Source: Cetorhinus maximus (taxonomy: Eukaryota). From it: a stretch of 64,000 nt of DNA. A program made the translations under genes and the position numbers. The DNA lies in NCBI RefSeq assembly GCF_964194155.1, contig NC_135881.1, forward strand, positions 29,450,001-29,514,000. Reading direction: 5' to 3'. Shown in pieces: positions 50,590 to 63,742 of the stretch (its first letter is position 1; each line of letters starts with the position of its first letter). The notes below the pieces were generated by a model. That model ran no database searches, was not told where the DNA came from, and worked only from the letters and a program-made list of their open reading frames with translations.

Positions 50590-51660
50590 TATATCACCAT
50601 AGGGCCCTGTCAGTAACCCATCCAGCTTCACCCCTGAAAAAGGATATAATTAAGAGACTTTGAGACACCTCAGTGCAGTATGCAGAGAAACTGCTAAGGG
50701 TTGATCCATGCTAACACTCTTTGGGTGGTTTGAAAAATCGTGAAGATGCGAGGCACTGAGAAGAAAAAAAGAAAGTTGTTTGTACACGCTGGCCATCCTG
50801 CTACTTGTCATGGTCATATGGCTTTGCTGTATAATTCCCATCTTAAACTTTGAATAAACTTGACATATCCACCATGTTAGTTGCGGTCAATCATTATAGT
50901 TATTAATTCTCTAAACATGAACAAAGTGGAATATTAAAATCACTACAGAAGCAGATTCAATAGTAACTCGCAAATGGGAATTAAATAAATACTTGAAAAC
51001 ATTTAGAGCTATGAGGAAGGGGCAGATGAGTGGAACTAATTGATAAAATGCTTGTCAAAGACACAATGGTTCTAATGGACTCCTTCTGTGCTGTGAAATT
51101 CTAAAGCAGCTGGTAAGTCAGATAGAGAAATATTTGCCCTTTGGAATTGCTCACTTCACTAGCATCATTTAATGTTAGATCAATGACAAGTATGTGATGT
51201 GTATGAATAATACTATTTATGTTCTCATATCACGAGCACTTCATGTCACTGAAACAAAAAATATGTCAGCTAATTGGCTGCTCCCAAGCTGCTTCAAAGC
51301 AAAAAATGGTTGAACGAGGTCAAGAGGAGCTTTCATGTAAGCGTGTAAAAAATGTACAAAAACACAACTTTATGTATTGCTTGTAACCGATGAAAAATGT
51401 CGTCCCACAGAGACATCTAATAGTGTCCATGGATTGTAATTATGGGTGAGCTGTCATGTTTTATTTGGAGCAGGAGTTCTGGGGGGTCAACAGTTGTATG
51501 AAGCACTTGACAGAGCTGACAAGAACTGAGTACTGAGGCATAGTGTACTGGTGATCTTTGTTTAAGTCAGATAACAATATCTTAAGACTCACAGATGATT
51601 CAGTGAGAAGCTAAACATGGGTCAGCTGTGACTCTGGTCTAGAACTGCACCAGTTACTTG

Positions 51661-52291
51661 GGGCTGAACTCTCCTGTGGAGTTGGAAGTCCTGCCGCTAG
51701 GGGCGAAAGGGGGAGCCAACCACAGCTTCCCCACCCCCCATCTCCAGCAGGCGGCGGGACACTGGGGCGGCATTTACCAATAGCGGCCAATTAAGAGGCC
51801 GCTTCCAGGGTCGCCATTCATTTGAGGATGGCATCACCTCCTCAAGAGCTGCCGGCCCAATCAGGAGGCCAGCAGTTTAACAGCCCCACCTCGCAGTGGC
51901 CAGAGCTAACACTGAATCTCGAGGATGAGTGCTCGTCGATACTGAGGCATCTTTGAAGGCTTGTAGGTGTCCTTGGGGAAGCCGGGGCCAGGCAGACAGA
52001 CGCTGGTGATTGGCAGGATGGGGGTGGAGGTGGGGTTGGATTGTTATCGTGGAGACCCTCGGGGCATTACAGCCAGGGGCTCCTTCATGGGCCATAGAGC
52101 ACCTATTAAGGATGCTCCCCCCTTCCCAGGAACCCGCTGGCAGGGTCAGGAAGTGGCCTTTAATTGAGCCATTAAGTGGCTCAATTGGCTGCCTGGGGTT
52201 GGGCGGCAGTGCTCCTAAGGTTCCCGCTGCCATGGTGGCAGGAAGTCATCGGGCTTCCCTCCCAATGCCACGTTCCAGCATATTTCCAGCC
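51661..52291. mobile_element. Non-autonomous DNA transposon (Harbinger-like termini)
   Basis: GGGCTGAA...TTCCAGCC termini; GC-rich with ccaattaa motifs like the other MITEs. Confidence 0.55.
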
Positions 52292-52334
52292 TAACAGCTC
52301 GTCTCGAATGGCACAGGAGCATTCTGCCCTTCAG

Positions 52335-52950
52335 CTTCATCTAGGCTGGCACTCCTGTGCACTACAGAGGGAGTGCTGCACTGTGGGATGCCCTGTGGCA
52401 ATGTTTGAGAAAGATATCCTGTGGGAATACTTGATGAAGAGCTTGTGGGTTTTCCTGGTGTCCGGGTAAATATTTTAACTCTCAATCAACAGCACCAAAG
52501 CAGATAATCTGATTATGTATTTCATTACAGTCTATGGTACCTTGTTGTGCTCAAATTTCTGTGTTTCCTCCATTACTATGACTGCATTTCAAAAGCACAT
52601 CACTGGGTATCAAGAGATTTGGGACATCTTGAAGGGAGAAAGGTTACATGTGTAAATGCAAGTTTTTTCTTATTAAACCAAGGCCCTATCTCTCTGTCCT
52701 GGTGGTTCAGGAGGACAGTAAAGAGCCTGTAGCTCTATATGAAGAAGAGCAGGGAGTTCCAAACGTGTCAGGGCTGACAGTCCTTCAACCAGCACTGCCA
52801 AAAAAAAACTGTCTAACTGGGATGAATTGGAATTTGCTATTTGCCTACATAACAACAGTTACCCAATTTCAAAGTAATCTGTGGTTTGTGAAGCGTTTTT
52901 GGGATGTTTCTAAGAGACATGATAAGAAGCTAAATAAACAGATGTCTGTC
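52335..52950 (+). mobile_element. Two tandem decayed Deu-domain SINEs (SacSINE1/AmnSINE1-like)
   Basis: Motifs gagggagtgctgcactgt, ttaaaccaaggccc and gaagaagagcagggagtt, as recalled from the Deu domain. Related pieces at about 1530-1850. Confidence 0.6.
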
Positions 52951-53430
52951 TCTCTTCTCTTAGATAGTAGTTCAAACGCTTTGACTGCATGACAAACAAG
53001 TTCATCCGAATTTGCAGTGACAATTCTTTCAGAGCTCAGTCAGCGATAGAAAAAGCCTGCAGCTTCTCGACTCACTTACAGAATGAACCTGGAGCTCAAT
53101 GAACAATCCTTGGCTCATTCACTGTGTCTGCAGCTGAAGGAAAGAATTGGAGGTACTGACTCCTCAGATACTGAAGCAGTCCGTGTCCATATGCAGCAAG
53201 ACCCGGACAACATTCAGGCTTGGGCTGAAAAGTGGCAAGTAACATTCTCGCCCACAAATGCCAGGCAATGACCATCTCCAATAAGAGAGAATCTAACCAT
53301 CTCCCCATGATATTCAATGTTACCATCGCTGAATCCCTCACTATCAATATGCTGGGGGTTACCATTGGCCAGGAACTTAACTGGACCAACCATTTCAATA
53401 CTGTGGCTACAAGAGCAGGTTAGAGGCTGA

Positions 53431-56400
53431 GGCCAGAAGGGTCTGCTCCCATTGGTGGCGGGCGTCAATGGAGACAATATGGCTTGAAAGCAAAAAAGTG
53501 GCTTTACGCCATCGTGAAACCAGTTTGCAATCGCACACTCCGCCTGTCAATGGCGGGTTGCGTTTCCCACCGTCCAACGTCAGGAACTTAATTTTAATGC
53601 ATTTGCATCTCATCATTATGCCCGCACGCCGGAATCATCCCCCCTACATCAAATTACCTCCCGCATCGGCGTGACTGCAGAAAGGTGTGATTTATGACTG
53701 CCTTTAAAAGGCGTGCACCTGGCGAGCTGAACTTTGAGGGGAACTTGGAGGTGATTGCACCCAGCCTTCTGCAGCGCTCACGAGGATTGGCCCTAGGACA
53801 TCAAGGAAGAGGCACCATGCATTCGGAGGGGGAAACGGGCAAGTAGCTTTCTCCCGGCTGACTTTCGGTGCGGTGCTGGGACAAGAGCTCCAGTGGGGAT
53901 GCTCATGCAGCAACCCAAACTTTGGTGGAGCAAACGATCAGCATATTGAAAATGAGGTTCCGGTACCTCAACAGGTCAGGTGAAGCCCTGTAATACAGTC
54001 CCCAGAGGGTGCTGCGGATCATTGTCGCTAGCTGCGTGCTACCCAATCTGGCACTAGGTTGCCAGGGGCAGGACCTGGCTGAGGAGGTGATGGAAGAGCT
54101 ACACGTCTCCTCCGATGAGGTCGATGGGGACGAGCGTGATGATGTCCTCGAAGGCAAGGATGCCAGTGATGAGGCCATTGCACTGGCCAGACAAGGATAG
54201 AGCGCTCATGAGGCCCAAATACCTGCAAGATTCGTGGAGGATGGAGGCGAGATGCAGTGAGGGCAGTCCTGACATCCTCACTTTGCATCTGTGAACGTTT
54301 GACTCCTGTGTGACTGGTAGCAGCGTACATACCCTCAGTGCTCAGGCTCATGTCTTGGAGATGCAGTGGAGGCCCTAATAGTCACTAGATTTCAGGAGGT
54401 TGATGGTAACATGTAGTGAGGATGTTTCATATTGCCTCTGTGAATGTCTGACTCCTGTCTCGCAATTGTCTTTGCAGCTCCAACAACTGATTGAGGACTG
54501 AATCCAGAGGCTCATCATCTGACTCAGACTCAGCAGATTCCTTGCCTCCAGCAGTCCTCCGAGTGCCGGCGACTAAGGGTATCCCTGCCTCCATCTGCTG
54601 TGGAACAGATTGTGTACTGTGCTCACTAGATTGTGATCCCACCCAGGTCCCACCGAAGTGTGTGTCGCTGCGCTGGTGGAGAGTGTGTGTGAGCGTCATG
54701 GTGGGTTTTCAACAGTGCTGCCCTGTCCTTATCCAAGGTGCTCTTGGTGCTGGAGTTGGGGTCAAGTTAGCCTGAGGGTGTTGCAGCAGATGTGCCTAGG
54801 AGAGAAAGTGGAGATTATTAGTGCTTGGCAGCCGCACACAGAACAGTGGCCTAAGAGTTGTGTTGACGGAGGGATGATGTGGTGCAGGATCCTCACGTGG
54901 ATGCTTGCTGACCTCACCGTTGCCGCAGGAACGGTTCACGGCCTGTCCAGCTGGCTCTAATGCCTGACTCTTGAACAGAGTGAGGACCTTGATGTCTGGC
55001 ACTCCACCATCCCCCTGCCTGGGACCTCTCCCGTTGATTGTGCAAGATCTTGTCCTGCATAAAGACAGGTGAAGAGAGTGTGAGCAAGGCGTATGCCAGG
55101 CCAAATGAAAAGGATGCCAGGCATGTGTGCTGAGTGGAGCCATGGATGGGATGAGGAGGCCACCTCCAGAGGAGATGAGGCCAGATGGAAATGTGAGGAA
55201 GTGTGTGACAGGGTGAGTGGTGATGTCACTGAGCTGGCAGTGAGTGAGATGCCAGTGAATGTGTGATGGGCTTGTGAGTGTGTGTGTTTAGAGTGATGAG
55301 ATGGTTGACTTACCCTGGCGACATGGATGAGATCATTCATCCTCTTTCTGCACTGGATGGCCGACATGTTGTGTAAAGCGTTGGCACTGACCACCTCTGC
55401 CACCGCCTCCCAAGCCAGAGTGGTGACACTGATGGGGCCTCCTGTGGCCAGAGTGGAGATAAAGGTATATCCTGTACACAAAAAGCAGGACAAATCCAAC
55501 CCGACCAATTACCGCCCCATCAGTCCACTCTCCATCATCAGTAAAGTAATGGAAGGGGTCATCAATAGTATTATCAAGCGGCACTTGCTTAGCAATAACC
55601 TGCTCACTGATGCTTAGTTTTGGTTCCAACAGGGCCACTCAGCTCCTGACCTCATTACAGCCTTGGTTCAAACATGGACAAAAGAGCCGAACTCCCAAGG
55701 TGAGCCAAGAGTGACTGCCCTTGACATCAAGGCAACATTTGACCAAGTGTGGCATCAAGGAGCCCTAGCAAAACTGGAATCAATGGGAATCAGGGGGAAA
55801 ACTCTCTGCTGGTTGGAGTTATACCCAGCACAAAGGAAGATGGTTATGGTTGTTGAAGGTCAGTCATCTCAGCTCCAGGTCATCACTGCAGGAGTTCCTC
55901 AGGGTCGTGTCCTAGACCCAACCATCTTCCGCTGCTTCATCAATGACCTTCCTTCCATCATAAGCTGAGAAGTGGGGATGTTCGCTGATGATTGCACAAT
56001 GTTCAGCACCATTTGTGACTCCTCAGATACTGAAGCAGTCCATGTCCAAATGCAGCAAGACCTGGACAATATCCAGGTTTGGGCTGACAAATGGCAAGTA
56101 ACATTCACGGCACAGCAGTGTCAGGTAATGACCATCTCCAACAAGAGAGAATCCAACTATCGCCCCCTGGTGTTCAATGGCATTACCATCACTGAATCCC
56201 CCACTATCAACATCCTGGAGGTTACCATTGACCAGAAACTGAACTGGACTAGCCATATAAATACTGTGGCTAGAAGAGCAGGTCAGAGGCTAGGAATCCT
56301 GCGATGAGTAACTCACCTCCTGACTCCCCAAAGCCTGTCCACCATCTACAAGGCACAAGTCAGGAGTGTGATGGAATACTCCTTGCTTGCCTGGATGAGT

Positions 56401-57234
56401 GCAGCTCCCACAACACTCAAGAAGCTCGACACCATCCAGGACAAAGCAGCCCAATTGATTGGGACCACATCCACAAACATTCAGTTCCCCCACCACCGAT
56501 GGATAGTAGCAGCAATGTTTATCATCTACAAGATGCACTGCAGGAATTCACCAAGTCTCCTTAAACAGCACCTTCCAAACTCACGACCACTACCATCTAG
56601 AAGGACAAGGGCATCAGATAGATGGGAACACCACCACCTGGAAGTTCCCCTCTGGGTCACTCACCATCCTGACTTGGAAATATATCACCGTTCCTTCACT
56701 GTCGCTGGGTCAAAATCCTGGAACTCCCTTCCTAACAGCACTGTGGGTGTACCTACACCACATGGACTGCAGCGGTTCAAGAAGGCAGCTCACCACCACC
56801 TTCTCAAGGGCAATTAGGGATGGGCAATAAATGCTGGCCTAGCCAGCGAAGCCCACATCCTGTGAATGAATTAAAAAAGGACATTGCCTTGGGCCTCCCT
56901 GGCATCCAGAATGTGTCCCAGGGATGTATCACTGAATCAGGGGGCTGCGCTCTTCTTGGCTTTTGGGGCCATGTCTTCACCGGAGCAGTTCTGGGCTGCA
57001 AGCATTGGGAACTGTGCATGCGCCTGAAGTTTAAACATGGTACCCGGAGTGAGGAAGCAGCGAGGCAACGTCGTGGAGGGCAAATCAGAGGCCGGCCACC
57101 AGCAATCTGCTGTGTTTCCCATGACTGCCCAATTTATGAGGTAAAAGGGGACAATAGTTACCTGTGGTCAGCAGGTAAAGCATCTTTTTTCACGCCTGCT
57201 ACCGCACTTAACACAAATCTGGGAGATTCTGCCC
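53431..57234 (+). mobile_element. Old PIF/Harbinger element H4, internally deleted, inserted in a LINE and itself interrupted by a LINE
   Basis: Termini GGCCAGAA...ATTCTGCCC. Transposase 3' remnant about 53905-54260 (VEQTISILKMRFRYL..IIVASCVLPNLAL). Myb-like gene on the - strand from ATG 56972 (MAPKAKKSAAP..AWEAVAEVVSANA..IQCRKRMNDL|gtaagt); exon 2 is 55054-54897. Confidence 0.8.
55466..56875 (+). mobile_element. 5'-truncated CR1/Crack-like LINE inside H4 ORF2 exon 1
   Basis: NYRPISPLS, ALDIKATFDQVWHQG, GVPQG, FADDCT. 3' tail AAGGGCAATTAGGGATGGGCAATAAATG plus A-run; TSD AAAGG. Confidence 0.9.
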
Positions 57235-57834
57235 TCAGAATTCTGTGATGAGTAACTCACCTCTTGACTTCGCAAAACCTGCCCACTATCTACGAGGCAC
57301 AAATCATGAGTGTGATGGAATGATCCCTATTTTCCTGGATGAGTGCAGCCCCAACAATGCTCCAGAAGTTCAACACCATCTAGAACAAAGCACCCTGCCC
57401 CATCTATCACCTTAAACATTCATTCCCTCCACCACAGAGCACAGCGGCTATAGTAAGTGCCATCTACAAGATGCACTGCAGCAACATGCCAAGGCTCCTT
57501 CGAATTGCGAACTCTACCACTTAGAAGGACAAGTACAATAGATGCATGTCACCAAATGCAAGCTCCCCTCAGATTGCACACCATCCTCACTTAGGACTAT
57601 TTGCCCTTTCTTCATTGTTGCTGGTTCAAACTCCTAGAGCTCCCTCCATAATAGCACTGTAGGTATATCATCAGCACAGATACTCAAGAAGGCCACCTTC
57701 CCAAGGGCAAATAGGATTGGTAATAAATGCTGACTTTAGCACACATTCAATGAATGAATAAAAACAAATTATGCTCACGCTGTTCATTCTCTGGTACGGT
57801 CCTCATCTCCTTTCCCTTAAAGCGAAGGGGTGCA

Positions 57835-60800
57835 GACTTGAATGAATATGGTGGACAACTGGTTCAGCTATCACCATGTGCACAGCGGAGCCTGGTCTCC
57901 AGTCGTCTTGGAGACCCTTGCCACTGGACCAAGGCCTTGGCTCTGTGAAGCCCATGTAGTAGCTGGTGTGCAATGGCCACCCTACGTTAAAAGAACTTAC
58001 GAACAGGCATCTTCTACGACCTTAAAATTAAGTTTGGGACCTGGAACGTAAGGACCCTCATGGACAACCGCAACAGTGACAGACTGGAATGGCTCACCAC
58101 TATCGTTACCCAGGAGCCCAGGCATTTCAACATTGACATCACCACCCTAAGTAAGACCCAGCGGGCGGGAGAAGGCCAGCTCAAGGAACAAGGTGGCAGT
58201 TACACCTTCTCCTGGAAAGGTAAACCAGTAGAAGATCAACACCTCCACGGGGTTGACTTCGTCATTAAAAACTAGTCGGCCCTCTCAAAGACACCACCTG
58301 CAGGATAAATGAGCACCTCATGATCCTTCGGCTCAGCCTAGCCTAGAACCAAGGTGCTACAGTCCTCAGCGCGTATGCCACAACACAGGCGAGTCCAAAG
58401 AGGAATTTTATTCCAGCCTCGATCAATCCCTGGCCCGAGTCCCTGCAGGCAATATGCTGATCTTCGTCGGCGGCTTCAGTGCCTGAGTTGGGAAGGACAC
58501 AGGCCTCTGGGGAGATGTAATCAGCAGTGAGGGGGTAGGGAAATCCAACATCAATGGTATTCTGCTCCTGAACAAATGCCTAGAACAGGGCCTTGTCATA
58601 ACCAACACCTTGTTCCGTCAGAGAGGTGAGTACAAGGCCTGATGGCAACACCCTTGCTCCAGGCACTGGTGCCTTCTCGACTACATCATTATCCGAGCGA
58701 GGGACTGCAAGGACGTGCGTACCACCCACGCCATGACAGGAGTTGACCCCTTGCTGGATGGACCACTGCCTAATTCGCTCTGTCATCAACATCAATGTAG
58801 CCCCAAATCAGCCACAGCAACAGAAACTTTGCTGCAGGAAAATCAGCACTGAGGCTGTCAAGGACCCTGATAAGAGAGCCCTATTCAGCCAGTGCCTCAC
58901 TGCTGAACTGGCGACTCCCAGTGACCCAGAGACACAGAGTAAGCACAGTGCCTGGTCTGCCCTCAAGGCCTCCATAATCAGCACTTGCGATGAGACGCTT
59001 GGTCGCTCGACCAGGAAACACCAAGGCTGGTTCGATGAGAATGACCAGGAGATCCAGGAGCTGATAAGTCAGAAGCGCAAGGCATTCCTGAACCTGAAAC
59101 AGCAACTCAACCCGAGAGCAAGAAAGCAGCTCTACAGACGGCTGAAGGCTGAGGTCCAGCAAAAAACCCGCGACCTAAAGAACAGATGGTGGGTGGAGAA
59201 AGCATAGGAGGTCCAACAGTGAGCTGATAACCATGACATGCGAGGTTTCTTTAGTGCAGTCAAGACCACCTAAGGTCCAGGCAACCAAAGTCCGACTGCA
59301 CTGCTGGCCAAGAACGGAGAGGTGCTCTTCAAGGACAGAGAGGTGGTCAGCACCTGTTGTAAGGAGCACTCCAAAGATCTTAACAGACTCTGTCTTTTGA
59401 CTCCCCACAACATGCAACCCACCACCATCTCAGCACAACTCCAACCCTGCACGAGGTAGAAAAGGCCATTTGACAGCTAAAGAGCAACAAGTCATCGGGA
59501 GTAGATGGAATCCCCGCTGAAACACAAAAGCAGGGTGGAGGAGCACTATTGGCATAAATACATGGCCTCATCTCCCTTATCTGGAAGGAGGAGAGCATGC
59601 CAGGAGATCTCAGAGACGCCACAATTGTAACCATCTTCAAGAAAGGTGACAATTCCGACTACGGTAACCACAGAGGAAGCTCCCTGCTGTCAGCCACAGG
59701 GAAGGTCATCGTTAGAATCCTCCTCAATCACCTTCTCCTTGTGACTGAAGAGCTCCTCCCAGAGTCGCAATACAGACTCCGCCCACTAAGGAACACAACA
59801 GATATGATCTTCACTACGCAGCAACTGCAAGAGAAATGCAGTGAACAGCACCAACCCTTGTACATGGCCTTCTTTGACCTCACAAAAGCATTCGACACTG
59901 TCAACTATGAAGGGTTATGGAGCAGCCTCCTCCATTTCGGCTGTCCCCAAAAGTTTGTCACCATCCTCCACCTGCTCCACGATGACATGCAAGCCATGAT
60001 ACTGACCAACAGATCCACCACAGACCCAATCCACGTTTGGACCGGGGTCAAACAAGGCTGTGTCATCGCACCAACGCTTTTCTCGATCTTTCTTGCCACA
60101 ATGCTCCATCTCACCCTCACCGCCGCTGGAGTGGAGCTAAACTTCAGGACAAGGGGGAACCTATTCAACCTCCACCACCTGCAGGCAGATCCAAGGTCGT
60201 CCCATCCTCTGTCATTGAACTACAGCACGCAGATGATGCTTGTGTCTGCGCACACTCGAAGGCCAAGCTCCAAGCGATCATCAACATCTTCACCGAGGCG
60301 TACGAGAGCATGGGCCTATCACTAAACATCCGTGGGACTAAGGTCCTCTACCAACCTGCCCCCTCCACACCGCACTGCCCCCCAGTTATCAAAATCCATG
60401 ACAAGGCCTTGGACAATGTGGATCACTTTCCGTACCTTGGGAGTTGACTATCAACAGGGGCAGATATCGACAACGAGGGTAAACACCGCCTTCAGTGTGC
60501 CAGCACAGCCTTCGGCCACCTGAGGAAGAGAGTGTTTGAAGACCAGGACCTCAAACCCGGCACCAAGCTCATGGTCTACAGACCAATAGTGATACCCACC
60601 CTTCTATATAGCTCAGAGATGTAGACCATGTACAGCAGGCACCTCAAAACTCTGGAGAAGTACCACCAGTGCTGCCTCCACAGGATCCTGCAAATCCATT
60701 GGCAGGACAGGCGCACGTCAGTGTTCTCACTCAGGCCAACATCCCCAGCATCAAAGCACTGACCACGCTCAATCAGCTCCGCTGGGCGGGCCACACTGTC

Positions 60801-61217
60801 CGCACTCCTGACACAAGACTCACGAAGCAAGCGCTCTACTCGAAGCTTTGACATGGCAAGCGAGCCCCAGGAGGGCAGGGGAAACACTTCAAAGACACCC
60901 TCAAAGCCTGCTTGAAAAAGTGCAACCCACCGACATCTGGGAATCCTTTGCCCAAGGCCATCATCTGGGAAATCTTCTGGGAAGGAGCTGAACACCTCGA
61001 GTCTCATTGCCAAGGGCTAGCTGAAGCTAAGCGTCCGACAGCGAAAGGAGCGCATGGCAACCCGGGCATCCCACCCACCTGTTCCCCCTACCACCGTCTG
61101 CCCCACCTGTAACAGGGACTGTAGGTCGAGCATTGGACTCTTCAGTCGCCTGAGAACTCATTTTTAGTGCGGAAGCAAATCATCCTCCAAGTCGAGGGGC
61201 AGCCTAAGAAGAAGAAG
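57835..61217 (+). mobile_element. Near full-length decayed RTE-clade LINE
   Basis: APE domain (FGTWNVRTL, GEGQLKEQGGSYTF); RT (FFDLTKAFDTV, GVKQGCVIAPTLF, QHADDA); C-terminal CPTCNRDC..LRTH; (AAG)n tail. Confidence 0.92.
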
Positions 61218-61767
61218 TGGCTGCATTAGATAAAGCATTGTCAGATCCTGCTCTCATGTGTCAGAACTATTTGCTAATAGAGGATCATTCTGGAGTGCAA
61301 AGATAACCCCTGGTCTCTTTTTTCCACTGAAACTGTCATGTTAAATCCCTGTCCCTGTCTCCTCCACCTCAGCCTCAACAATAAAGGTGAGGACCTCATG
61401 GGCTTTTTTGTCAATATGATCTATACCATCTGATCAGCTGCTTCTGCGATGCCCCTCCCTTCCTTAAGCCCACTGGAGCAAACTTCCTCTAAAGCTCCTC
61501 CCTGTCCTAGCCCCAAATTTGCATCTTTCTCTAGTTTCTCTCCTTCATACCCACTGCAAGGTCATCCAGCCCATGAGACCCATCCCCTGCTCCTTCAATC
61601 TTATTCCCAGTAAACTGCTGACCACACAACTTCCCCTCCTGTTTCCCATGTTGGCTGAGATTGTTAACGGTTCTCTCTCCTCAGGTACTCTTCACCTGTC
61701 CCTCAAATCCGCCACTATCACCCTTTCTCCTCAATTATGTTAAATTTGTGTTAACTGAGGATCTTCT

Positions 61768-62716
61768 ATTTATTCTTTCATGGGATGTGGGTGTCACTGG
61801 CAAAGTCATCATTTGTTCCTCATCCCTAATTGCCCTTGAACTGAATGGCTTGTTTGGGCATTACAGAGGGCAGTGAAGAGTGAACCACATTGCTGTGGGT
61901 CTGGAGTCACATGCAGGCCAGACCAGGTAAGAATGACACAGATTTCCTTCCCTAAAGGGACGTTAGTGAACCAGGTGTGTTTTTACAGCTATTGAAGATA
62001 GTTTCATGGAGTAAAATGTTTAGCTCGGCGGGTGGGTGCCCACCCGACCCACCCGACCCACTTGAGCATGAAATGCCGTGCATTGATGTCGGCCGAGCGT
62101 GCCGATGTCAACGTGCAGTCGCCGGGTGCGCGCTGGAGTCAGCGGCGCATCCCTTAACAATTATAAGGCCTGTTATGGCCATTAAAGAATCAATTAACTT
62201 AAATTTTTCGCTGCCCATCCAACCTTATGGTTGGCGTGCGGGCGAAAAGGCCAAGCGACCTTTGAAATTTTTTGGAAACCTCAACCAGAGCCACATGAGG
62301 GGACATGTTTCATTACATTTTTATTTTTTAATATATCTCTTCATCTTATGAAGTGCACACTCACACATGCGTGAAGTTTGTGCTCGCCCCCGCCCGCTCG
62401 CTCGCTCGCTCGCCCGCTTGCACAGGCAGCGCTGACTGCCACTTGCGTTTCATGCTGGGCGGGCCTTAATTAGCCTGCCAATGTAAAATCACAGTCCAGC
62501 CCTGATCGTGGGCTTCCTGACTGCCCCTGTCCAACATGTGCTAAATTCTGCCTATGGTAACCATTACTGATTTTAGTTTTTGATTCCAAATTTTATCAAT
62601 TGAATTTAAATTCCATCAGCTATCATGGTGTGATTTGAACCCATGACCTCAGAGCATTAGCCTAGGCCTCTAGATTACCAGTCCAGAGACATTACCACTA
62701 CACTACCATCTCCCCC
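61768..62716 (-). mobile_element. tRNA-headed SINE with LINE-derived 3' tail (interrupted by a MITE)
   Basis: A-box TAGTGTAGTGG; B-box GGTTCAAATC. Body homologous to 27102-27390; tail homologous to 56805-56875. Confidence 0.85.
62008..62552 (+). mobile_element. Harbinger-derived MITE inside a SINE
   Basis: Family motifs; flanks CAT/TAT. Excision restores the SINE body gtttcatggtaacc. Confidence 0.82.
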
Positions 62717-63039
62717 CTCCTACCTGTGGAAATAGTTGCTCCCTATCTACTCTATCAAAACCTCTCTTATCCTGATTAAACTTCAAAATCCAAAGAGGAC
62801 ATAAGAGTAAAAACTTGCCACCCAGCAAAGTTTCACTGTGGTGGATCCGTTGGTCAGGATCATGTCATTATGGAGCAGGCAGAGGTATCATAGACCTTGC
62901 CACAGCAGCTATATTAATCAGGAACTTTGAATCAAGGTTGATGGATCGGAGACAATTCAGATCAAACCGAGCCAGAAATAATTGTTATAAATGCGAGGTT
63001 TTATAAGATGACTATGTTTTGGGACTGTGTTTCTCTGCG

Positions 63040-63742
63040 ATGCAAAGGGATCTAGATGTCCTAGTGCATGACTCACAAAAGGCTAGCAGGCAGGTACAGT
63101 AAGTAATGAGGAAAGCTAATAGAATGTTATCATTTATTGTGAGGGGAATTGAATACAAAAGTAGGGAGGTTATGGATTTGGTGAGAGCACATTTGGAGTA
63201 TTGTGTACGGTATTAGTCATCTTATTTAAGGAAGTATGTAAGTATGCTTGAAGCAGTTCAGGGAAGGTTTACTAAACTAATACCCAGAATGGGCGGGTTG
63301 TCTTTTGAGGAAAGGTTGGATAGGCTAGGCTTATACCTGCTGGAGTTTAGATGAGTAAGAGGCGACTTGATTGAAACATTTAAGATCTTGACAGGGTTGA
63401 TGTGGAGAGCATGTTTCCTCTTGTGGGACAATCTAGAACTAGGGGCCAATGTTTAAAAATAAGGGGTCACCCATTTAGGGCAGAGATGAGCAGAATTTTT
63501 TCTCTCAGAGGATTGTGAGTCTTTGGAACTCTCTTCCTCAAAAGGCAGTGGAAGCAGAGTCTTTGAACATTTGTAAGGCAGAGCTAAATAGATTCTTAAT
63601 AAGAAAGGGGGTGAAAGGTTATCGGGGGTAGGCAGGAAAGTGGAGTTGAGATTACAATCAGATAAGCCATGGCAAAACAGGCTCAAAGGGCAGAGTGGCC
63701 TATTCCAGCTCCTAATTCGTAGGTATGTACATATGTATGTAT
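63040..63742 (+). mobile_element. CR1 LINE 3' fragment
   Basis: HLEYCV-like and RGDLIETFKIL-like segments; tattccagctcctaattcg plus (TATG)n tail. Confidence 0.85.

Larger units (their letters stand above)
53155..57765 (+). mobile_element. Older copy of the same CR1/Crack-like LINE split by H4 (53155-53430 and 57235-57765)
   Basis: The halves rejoin colinearly with 56015-56870. Confidence 0.85.

Noticed and set aside
50850-50910. Possible VIPR2 upstream exon containing WW
   Set aside because: In-frame stop, no CW motif and no splice sites; the exon probably lies beyond the window.
53080-53133. AG..GTAAGT-bounded segment on the - strand
   Set aside because: Stops in all frames and no GPCR similarity.
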